A stretch of 63,829 nt of DNA, counting the filler, from Octopus bimaculoides (lineage: Eukaryota): assembly GCF_001194135.2 (NCBI RefSeq). It is 3 parts of 3 records of this genome, joined end to end, with 100 filler letters (N's around TTAATTAATTAA, not from the genome) between each part and the next. Parts side by side here need not be neighbours in the genome. Positions count along the whole stretch, not along the records: positions 36,281 to 63,829 come from NC_068991.1; 2 more parts are not named here. One strand, 5' to 3'. The position numbers were made by a program, and so were the translations under genes. Under the pieces are notes generated by a model, which saw only the letters and a program-made list of their open reading frames with translations, was not told the origin of the DNA and did not search any database. Positions 53,421 to 63,829 of this stretch are shown here, one piece after another (position 1 is the first letter of the stretch; each line of letters begins with the position of its first letter).

Positions 53421-55243
53421 GAGAGATAGAAAGAGGAGATAGGAAGAGGAGAGAGAGAGGAGAGAGTGTGTTGAGTTGTATTAGACAGCGGAAATATAGA
53501 CGCTATGGGGAATAATGTCAGTCTGTTTGCTTTGTCTCCAGAAAAGAAAAAAAGACGTTAAGTTAAACTTTATTCAAAATGGACGATATTACGTGAGAAG
53601 GTAACATAATATACAATATAACATAATAATATTATTTAAATAATGAACAATCATTGAACGAGTTTACTTTTATGGAATGCATATATTTATTTATGTTGTC
53701 GTTTAAACCAAATCGCTCCATCTGTCTCTCTGTCTCTGTCTTTGATTATTCGTTTTCGTTTAAAGAGAGTAAATAAACTTTCACAGTTTCTTTTTATATC
53801 AATGTCTCACACAGATTTCATATTATCTGACACGATTTTTTTCTGTTTTTTTGTGTGTGTGTGTTTTGTGTTCTTTATTACTTGTTTGAAGAGATAAATA
53901 GTGTGTTGTCTCATATTTGTTTTGGCAATCATTCTCTTGCCCAGCAAAGAGCTGCTGGCACAGACGAGACTGTTTTGGTCAGCATATATTCACATGTACG
54001 ACATCAAACGGAAGTTTCGTACAATCAGTTCTCCGAACTCAAACACGTCGACTCGTACGCAAGGCACACATACACGTCTACACGTGTCCATACTTACACA
54101 CACAGACGAACATACGTGCATACATACACCATACCCTGAACAAAAATAAAATAATGCAAAGAAATTGACCACACAAAAATGTGCCCAAAAGACAAATCCG
54201 AGTGAGACAAGCATCCAAACGATGCCACCCAAGAGTAACGTCCTTTTATTTTTGCTGTTGACATTTGATAGCCGTTATTTTTAGCTTACTTTAGAAGCAA
54301 CGTGTGTCGTGGTGTCGATGATAATCGTAATCCATATTCTCATTCTAATATTCATTCATTCAATTCCTAGTTTCAATTTGCTTGCCGACGGCAGTCCAAA
54401 TCGATTAACTAAGGATTAAAAATAATCACGTGTTCTACCAAATTCAAACGCGTTCATCACAATAACCATCTTACACCCTTCTGCAGAGTTCTGTCGATCG
54501 ATAACCAATTCTTGAAAGAACTTACAGTCGTGCATATTATAATACGATGCCATAATATGGTAATATGTTACGGAACTTAAATCTGGCATCTGTGAAGCTA
54601 ATATTAAACTCAGAAACACTGGCTACTAATCTCTTCTATATAGCATTTCCTGAATAGGATTTGTACTTTCGTTTGATCTCTTAACCAGAATAGTATTGTG
54701 ACGATTGCAAGGAGAGATTTCATCGACTAGTTATGTCTGTAACACATGTTGCTGACGTGACTTCCATTTTGAGATATCGTTTAACATGGATTCCAGGCGC
54801 GGTGGGAAAATCTGCATCGGTTAATGACTAAACGAGATATAACTACAATATACAATAATAGGCATGTGTGTACTTATATACATACAGACAGACAGACACA
54901 CATAGACACACACACGCATGCACACGCACGCACATGCGCGTATATATGTATGGTGGTAGGTTGGTAAGTAGGTAGGTAGGTAGGTAGGTAGGTACGTAGG
55001 TAGGTAGGTAGGTAGGTAGGTAGCATGTGAGTATGTAGGTAGGTAGGTATGTGTGCGTGCGTGCGTGAGTGACTGTGTGTGCCTCTGCGTGTGCCTCTGT
55101 GTGTGTGTGTGTGTGTATGACATGGTTGATGGTGAGAATCAAATGCAATGTTACATACAAAGACATAAACACACACACACCCACATATACATATACATCC
55201 ATATATGTGTGTGCGTGCGTGTGTAAGTGTTTGTGTGTGTGGA

Positions 55244-55445
55244 GGTGCAATGGCCCAGTGGTTAGGGCCGCGAACACGCGGTTATAGGATCGCGGTTTCG
55301 ATTCCTAGACTGCGCGTTGTGAATGCTTGTTCCGCGAAAACACCTAAAGTTCCACAAGGCTCCGGTTGCGTACTGGGGTCAATCTAATCCACTGGCCCCT
55401 CCCCAAAAATTTCTGGCTTTGTGCCTAGAGTAGAAAAGAATATTA
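55244..55445 (+). mobile_element. Chimeric SINE: family B head fused to family A tail
   Basis: 'gcaatggcccagtggttagggccgcg...cacctaaagttccacaaggctccg' joins directly to 'gttgcgtactggggtcaatctaatc...gtgcctagagtagaaaagaat'. Confidence 0.7.
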
Positions 55446-55613
55446 TCATCTATACGATAACATTTACAGTGATATTACTTTAACATCTTTCAAATGATAT
55501 TATCAGGGAGACTCATAACATGGCTAGCGATTTAGTAACATTATCGTTATTAGCTAAATATAACATTATCAGCTCATATGCTACAAGCATCAGATTTATA
55601 AACCATTATCAGC

Positions 55614-55693
55614 AATACATTATAATACATTATAATACATTATAATACATTATAATACATTATAATACATTATAATATATATAATACATTATA
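55614..55693. repeat. 10-bp minisatellite (tacattataa)n, ~8 copies
   Basis: Directly visible. Confidence 0.95.
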
Positions 55694-55957
55694 AATTATG
55701 TAAAATTGCTAGCTATAAAGACACTATTTGTTATACGATATTTTTAAACAACAATATCAATAAGTAATAAGATTTCCAGCTAAATATAACATTATCAGTA
55801 TATATCATACAATTATTCTATATATATATATATATATNNNNNNNNNNNNNNNNNNNNNNNNNNNNNNNNNNNNNNNNNNNNNNNNNNNNNNNNNNNNNNN
55901 NNNNNNNNNNACATATACATACATATGTATTATATATATATATATATACATATATAG

Positions 55958-56016
<59 letters not shown>

Positions 56017-56051
56017 CAAACGGATAGATAGATAGACAGACAGACAGACAC

Positions 56052-56130
<79 letters not shown>

Positions 56131-56570
56131 TGGATATGAATAATGAATTGTTGTGGACTTTGATTAATGAAATGAACTTTAACTGCAACAATAGAATTTT
56201 GAGAGGTGAGATGATGTGAAGGAAAGGTAGAGTGAATAGAATAGGTGTGAAGATGAAGGAATTGAGAGGTAACAGAGGGAGAAAGAGAGAAAGAGAGAGA
56301 GAGAGGCGGCAACAAAACGAGCGATAGGAATGATGTGTAAAATCAAGAAAGAGACGAGGGGAGAGGGAGGAGTAAGATGGGAGTTTTAGAGAGGTAGACA
56401 GAGGAAGGAAGGGAGGGTGGGAGAGAGAGAGAGGGCGAGGAAGATATAAAACATTCTCAATTAGAAAAAATATTTGCCTGGGTGATGTGTATAAATATGC
56501 AAGCGCCTGGATGTATGTGAGTGCGTGCATGTCTGTGTGCGCGTGTATATATATATATATATATGCGTGC

Positions 56571-56601
<31 letters not shown>

Positions 56602-56761
56602 TATATTATATACGTATATAAAACGGCATATGTATAAGTATGTGTGTATATACATATACACACAGGCATACATTTCACATTTATGAATGTGTATGCATTA
56701 TTCAGTATATATATTATATATATAGATGAATATATATAGGAAAACAAATATATATATATAA

Positions 56762-56865
<104 letters not shown>

Positions 56866-57425
56866 GTATATAAACATATATACATACAAATGAATGTATA
56901 TACAATACTAATTCTCATACACAGTACTCGTATATATTCCCATAGACATAAATACGAACAATAGGACTCGACGAGATCGCGTTAGCTTCGTGATGAACGC
57001 CGAAGTCAAGGTACGAAAGATGGGCCATGTTAAAACAACAACAACAAACAAAAACTGCAGCAGCAGCAGCGGCGGCAACAACTATAGCAATAACAACGAC
57101 AATTATTTCTGTAACAACCGAACGTCGAGAACAACATTCTGATTCACATTATCGCCATAGAAAAAAACAGTCTAATTGCCAGCAGTGAGATGTGCAAAGA
57201 GCAAATATGTAACAATAACTGCAAATCAATGAAAATATGCTAAGATGTGCTTAGAGATGGCGCCATCTTGTATGTCTATTGTAAGGTGAATAACCCTTAG
57301 AAACATACGTAACATAGATTCAAAAGTGTGCTCTTTTGCTCCCTGACAGGATATCTACTCAGGTTTTCAAGCACGTGTAGGTATTAGCGCGTGTGTGTGT
57401 GTATGTGTGCGTGTGCTCATGCGTT

Positions 57426-57469
<44 letters not shown>

Positions 57470-57485
57470 TAGATAGATAGATAGA

Positions 57486-57516
<31 letters not shown>

Positions 57517-57520
57517 TTCT

Positions 57521-57746
57521 TTATTGCCCACAAGGGGCTACACACAGAGGGGACAAACAAGGACAGACAAACGGATTAAGCCGATTATATCGATCCAAGT
57601 GCGTAACTGGTACTTATTTAATCAACCCCGAAAGGATGAAAGACAAAGTCGACCTCGGCGGAATTTGAACTCAGAACGTAGCGGCAGACGAAATACTGCT
57701 AAGCATTTCGCCCGGCGTGCTAACGTTTCTGCCAGCTCACCGCCTT
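57521..57746 (-). mobile_element. SINE family A, full length, young
   Basis: Minus strand 'ggcggtgagctggcagaaacgttagcacgccgggcgaaatgcttagcagtatttcgtctgccgctacgttctgagttcaaattccgccgaggtcgac...' with intact A and B boxes. Confidence 0.9.
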
Positions 57747-57876
57747 ATACATACATACATACATACATACATACATACATACATACATACATGAAGAAGC
57801 ATAATAAAAAAACGACAACGCAAGGACGTGGAACATGTAAGGAAGGAAAGGAAGGAAAGGAAGGAAAGAAAGATGG

Positions 57877-57910
57877 TTTAACGTTTCGAGCAGACGCTCT
57901 TCTTCAGAAA
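57877..57910 (-). ncRNA. Minimal type I hammerhead ribozyme motif (Penelope-type), core intact
   Basis: Minus strand UUU-CUGAAGA-A-GAGC gucu GCUC-GAA-ACGU-U-AAA: all conserved core nucleotides, 4-bp helix II, palindromic ACGU helix III, 3-bp helix I. Confidence 0.7.
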
Positions 57911-58497
57911 AAGAAGAAAGTTCAAAGGGGTGCGGGGAAGTCGGAGGAAGAAAATCGGCAACGATTCACATTTGTATATATAGATATGTGTCTTTATGCG
58001 AAATGGAGTTACAAAAATGTGCTTCGTTCTAATGAATACCATCAACATCAGAAACAACATCTCAGCAACAACAATATTGCAAATCGAGCAGTGAAAATTA
58101 TCACAAGAAATCAGGAAAGCGTCAGAAAATTTCACACAAATCACGAGAAACCAGGAAGTATCTGAAAATAACATATTCACATTTACATGTGGAATTATCT
58201 CTCGCGTTAACCTTATAATAATACGCACACACACCCACACTTATATATACACATACATATGTACGTATATATATATATATATATGAATTAGTCTTATCTT
58301 CAAAATAGGCCATTTGCTTCTTCTTTCTTTACCTAATAGAGATTTGTTCCATTTATGAGTTGAATCCGTACCACTGGCAATATTTGCGCTTCTCGTTATA
58401 TGAATTTTGTCTTCGATGTGTTTCGACGCCTTTTTCTACACGTACACATGCATATACATATGCCTGTGTTTGTGTGTCTGTGTGTCTGTGTGTCTGT

Positions 58498-58591
<94 letters not shown>

Positions 58592-58778
58592 ATGTGTATG
58601 TTTCTGTGAAGTCATATAACGGGTTTATTAAATTAGTAAGTTTAGTGAGCTGTATTGGTGCCAAATAGCTGAAATAAATGGCCTATTTGTGAGATAAAAC
58701 GGAATAAATTTAACAGACTTTATATGCTACAAGCGTCGTGTACCATTTTCTTGTAAATCGTTCATTTCTTAGTGAAAC

Positions 58779-58872
<94 letters not shown>

Positions 58873-60422
58873 TATATACATATATACACACATATACATG
58901 TATATATGTATATGAGAATACACATATATATGGTATATNNNNNNNNNNNNNNNNNNNNNNNNNNNNNNNNNNNNNNNNNNNNNNNNNNNNNNNNNNNNNN
59001 NNNNNNNNNNNNNNNNNNNNNNNNNNNNNNNNNNNNNNNNNNNNNNNNNNNNNNNNNNNNNNNNNNNNNNNNNNNNNNNNNNNNNNNNNNNNNNNNNNNN
59101 TATATATATGTATATATATGTGTATATATATACATATTTAAATACACACATATATATATATGTATATGTATTTACATATCAATTTAGGAATATATATATA
59201 TATATACAGTGGAAAACAAACAGACAGACCGAAATATGTAATGCCACTGTTATAAAATATTTTCTTTGTAATCATACATTTCTGGGTTTGAACCCACGGC
59301 TACAGATCACGCAGCAAGACCCTTCTACTTTGTTATAGTATTGACTCGATGACTGTCTTAAGAATGATATTTGATGTATCGGGATCTGCCTTGTACGCGT
59401 GTTATGATTATTATTTTGCGAATACTTGAAGAGGTAATATCGTAAATAATCCTTCAGAGTGAAAAAAAGAAGACGAAATCTTAACCACTCCATTGTTTCA
59501 TGTGTGAGAAATAAGTAGAGACAGACAGACAGACAGAAAGAAATAAAGAAAGACAGACAAACAGACAGGCAGGCAGAAAGAAATAAAGAAAGACAGACAG
59601 ACAGACAGACAGGCAGGCAGAGACAGAGACAAGAAGCATGAGATCAATAGAATAAATACGTGTCTATGTATTCATTATTTGGATCCAGTTTTCAAACCAC
59701 CGCTATTAACACCATCACTGACGTTTTTGTCTCTCATCCGTCTGTATTTTCCCCCTCTTTCTTACTCTCTCTTTATCTCTCGCTCTCTCTTTCTCTCATT
59801 CACTCCGTCTTCTATTATGTCAAACAGAGAGTAGCAGTAACAGCGAAAGTTTAAAATGAAACTGAAAGAAGAAATAACAGAGTTTGACGTTACAAAAACG
59901 TAATGCCACCATCATCACAATTCATAATTGTTCTCTTCTGTCTGGCTCTAGTTATATTGCTATCTCGTTATGTAACCCTTATTCTCTATTTCTTTGAATT
60001 CTCCTATACCAGAGAGAGAAAGATAGGGAAATAAGGTGTATAAATTCCCAAACAAACCTAAACGAAGGGAAAAGTGGAGCTTTACCTCCTCGTATATACG
60101 ACGTCACTAACATCACCATCACTCTGCTACTTTCCCCTTTCTTTATCACTCGCTTTTTATTAGTGGGCGTCATACCTTATCGTTCTTTATTCTCTTTCCA
60201 GAAAAATAGAAACAGACAGACTGACAGACAGAGAAAAAGAGGCCGAAAGATTATTACACTTTCTCCATTCTAACTTTCTGTCTATCGACGTCCTCTTCTT
60301 CGCAGATAGTGATGTGGGTCTTGGGAAAGATTTGTTATTCCTCAAAGTAAATGTGATACAAACGTCACTTCTGAGGTGAATAATAATAATGCACAAGGTT
60401 CCGTTTGAAAGACTATATATAC

Positions 60423-60455
<33 letters not shown>

Positions 60456-60893
60456 NNNNNNNNNNNNNNNNNNNNNNNNNNNNNNNNNNNNNNNNNNNNN
60501 NNNNNNNNNNNNNNNNNNNNNNNNNNNNNNNNNNNNNNNNNNNNNNNNNNNNNNNNNNNNNNNNNNNNNNNNNNNNNNNNNNNNNNNNNNNNNNNNNNNN
60601 NNNNNNNNNNNNNNNNNNNNNNNNNNNNNNNNNNNNNNNNNNNNNNNNNNNNNNNNNNNNNNNNNNNNNNNNNNNNNNNNNNNNNNNNNNNNNNNNNNNN
60701 NNNNNNNNNNNNNNNNNNNNNNNNNNNNNNNNNNNNNNNNNNNNNNNNNNNNNNNNNNNNNNNNNNNNNNNNNNNNNNNNNNNNNNNNNNNNNNNNNNNN
60801 NNNNNNNNNNNNNNNNNNNNNNNNNNNNNNNNNNNNNNNNNNNNNNNNNNNNNNNNNNNNNNNNNNNNNNNNNNNNNNNNNNNNNNNNNNNNN

Positions 60894-60930
<37 letters not shown>

Positions 60931-61298
60931 GTATGTATGTATGTATATCTGTATACACATATATATGTGTGTGTATGTATGTATTACATATATATATATA
61001 TGCACACATATATATATACAAATATGTGGTTACATAAGCGTATATAGTTATGTCTATGTCTGGGTGCACAGCAATTAGTCTGTCACATTTAATAATAAAT
61101 GATTTTTTTTCCTCTGGTTTTTACATTTATCGGTGTGATAGCTAACCGTAATTGTTTCGAGCGAAGTAAAGACACAGGTGAGATAAATACAGTCTGCGGT
61201 GAAAATCAGTTAATTTCAATTAAATGTATTGAGTTCCACTCGAGTGATTGATATTACAAAGATATATATCGAATGACGTTGACGATTTTATTAATCCA

Positions 61299-61667
61299 AG
61301 GCACAGACGTGGCTGTATGGTAAGAAACTTGCTTCCCAACCACATGGTTCCGGGTTCAGTCCGACTGCATGGCACCTTGGGCAAAGTGTCTTCTATTATA
61401 GCCACGGGCTGACCAAAGCCCTGTGAGTGGGTTCAGTAGACGGAAACCGAAAGAAGCCCGTCGTATGTGTGTATATGTGTGTGTGTGCCTGTATGTTTGT
61501 GTGTCTGTATTTATGTACAGCACCAATCTCCGCTTAACAACCGATGTTGCTGTGTTTACGTCCCCCTTAAATTAGCGGTTCAGCATAAGAAACTGATGAA
61601 ATAAGTACCAGACTTAAAACAAAAACAAAAAAAGTATTGCGGTCGATTCATTCGACTAATAATTCTT
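61299..61667 (+). mobile_element. SINE family C (3' end continues at 63043-63300)
   Basis: 'ggttccgggttcagtccgactgcatggcaccttgggcaaagtgtcttc...gaaagaagcccgtcg'. Confidence 0.85.
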
Positions 61668-62693
61668 NNNNNNNNNNNNNNNNNNNNNNNNNNNNNNNNN
61701 NNNNNNNNNNNNNNNNNNNNNNNNNNNNNNNNNNNNNNNNNNNNNNNNNNNNNNNNNNNNNNNNNNNNNNNNNNNNNNNNNNNNNNNNNNNNNNNNNNNN
61801 NNNNNNNNNNNNNNNNNNNNNNNNNNNNNNNNNNNNNNNNNNNNNNNNNNNNNNNNNNNNNNNNNNNNNNNNNNNNNNNNNNNNNNNNNNNNNNNNNNNN
61901 NNNNNNNNNNNNNNNNNNNNNNNNNNNNNNNNNNNNNNNNNNNNNNNNNNNNNNNNNNNNNNNNNNNNNNNNNNNNNNNNNNNNNNNNNNNNNNNNNNNN
62001 NNNNNNNNNNNNNNNNNNNNNNNNNNNNNNNNNNNNNNNNNNNNNNNNNNNNNNNNNNNNNNNNNNNNNNNNNNNNNNNNNNNNNNNNNNNNNNNNNNNN
62101 NNNNNNNNNNNNNNNNNNNNNNNNNNNNNNNNNNNNNNNNNNNNNNNNNNNNNNNNNNNNNNNNNNNNNNNNNNNNNNNNNNNNNNNNNNNNNNNNNNNN
62201 NNNNNNNNNNNNNNNNNNNNNNNNNNNNNNNNNNNNNNNNNNNNNNNNNNNNNNNNNNNNNNNNNNNNNNNNNNNNNNNNNNNNNNNNNNNNNNNNNNNN
62301 NNNNNNNNNNNNNNNNNNNNNNNNNNNNNNNNNNNNNNNNNNNNNNNNNNNNNNNNNNNNNNNNNNNNNNNNNNNNNNNNNNNNNNNNNNNNNNNNNNNN
62401 NNNNNNNNNNNNNNNNNNNNNNNNNNNNNNNNNNNNNNNNNNNNNNNNNNNNNNNNNNNNNNNNNNNNNNNNNNNNNNNNNNNNNNNNNNNNNNNNNNNN
62501 NNNNNNNNNNNNNNNNNNNNNNNNNNNNNNNNNNNNNNNNNNNNNNNNNNNNNNNNNNNNNNNNNNNNNNNNNNNNNNNNNNNNNNNNNNNNNNNNNNNN
62601 NNNNNNNNNNNNNNNNATATATATATATATATATATATACATGCGTGTATGTGTAGAAATATATGAGTATATGTGTGCGTGAGTTTGTGTATT

Positions 62694-62748
<55 letters not shown>

Positions 62749-63829
62749 TTATATATATATATATATTATATATATGTATATATATGTTCGTAAGAAGTGC
62801 AGGCACAGATATGCGTACAAATATGAATAGATAATAGTCTCCGTATACAATATAGCATAACACATATTGTTAACAATTCATCGTTACCCTACTTACTGGA
62901 GACGCCGCATATGTGCTTATGTGTATATCCATATACACATGTACATCTGGATTCCTATATACGGTGTGTGGACATATACATACATGCATATATATGCATG
63001 ATATACATATATATATACATATATATATATATNNNNNNNNNNTGTGTATATGTGTGTGTGTGCCTGTATGTTTGTGTGTCTGTATTTATGTACAGCACCA
63101 ATCTCCGCTTAACAACCGATGTTGCTGTGTTTACGTCCCCCTTAAATTAGCGGTTCAGCATAAGAAACTGATGAAATAAGTACCAGACTTAAAACAAAAA
63201 CAAAAAAAGTATTGCGGTCGATTCATTCGACTAATAATTCTTCAAGCCGGTGCCCCAGCATGGCCGCAGTCCAATGACTGAAACAAAAGATGAAAGAGAA
63301 AACAAAAGGATACGACTATAGATTGAATAGCTGATGGACATTAACAGTCAACGAGTAAACACCAGCCGACAATCCAACCAGCCTGACTGCCCGCCAGCCA
63401 GCCGGCCTCTTGATTTCGTTTTCTTTTTGTCGTTGTTCTTTTTTCTTTGATATATTTTTTCCATTTGTTTCCTGTCTGTTCTTCTTTGGTTGATTTCTTC
63501 AAAAGAATCGATGTCCACATTGGTTGACAATGAAAGAAAGAAGAATCTGTGTCAAGCAATTCTGTTACGAAGAAATGTACCACAACTCTTCTTCTTCTTT
63601 CTTTTTTTTTTTCCTTTCCAGGTATTACAATAGAAAGAAAAATAAGTACGCTTCTGTGTTTTTTTCTTTTTTTTTCAAAGAATAAACGAGGACGAAGAGA
63701 AGGGGGAAGAGAGAAGAATTGGGGCAGGAGTAGGAGGTGAAAAAATATTTGGCTAGATGGCGTGCGACGTTCGACAATGAGTTTGTGTAGCAAGCAAGAT
63801 GAGAATATAATAGAAATATACCGATCCTA

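Noticed and set aside
59828-60346. Further AG...GT-bounded segments (59828-59899 MKLKEEITEFDVTK; 60306-60346 SDVGLGKDLLFLK)
   Set aside because: Donors are weak and the acceptors derive from microsatellite-like pyrimidine runs; not supportable without RNA data.

Overview
AT-rich, microsatellite-saturated animal genomic DNA with many N gaps. The SINE families, R4/Dong LINE and microsatellite spectrum point to an octopod cephalopod (Octopus); this is inference, not a database result. Two identical artificial 100-bp linkers (44N-TTAATTAATTAA-44N at 6336-6435 and 36181-36280) show the window is three joined scaffolds. No complete protein-coding gene, rRNA, real tRNA or CRISPR array is supportable. 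Almost all listed ORFs are microsatellite or N-run artefacts. Recognisable content: about 35 tRNA-derived SINE copies or fragments from three families, three R4/Dong LINE pieces (two sitting inside TAA repeats), a decayed CR1-type LINE ORF2, Tc1, hAT and pogo DNA-transposon remnants, and a ~380-bp foldback element. The most interesting signals are (i) several minimal Penelope-type hammerhead ribozyme cores with palindromic helix III, one fused behind a Pol III tRNA-like head, and (ii) splice-signal-bounded candidate exons of unidentified genes, including a 21/27-nt microexon at 49360-49380.
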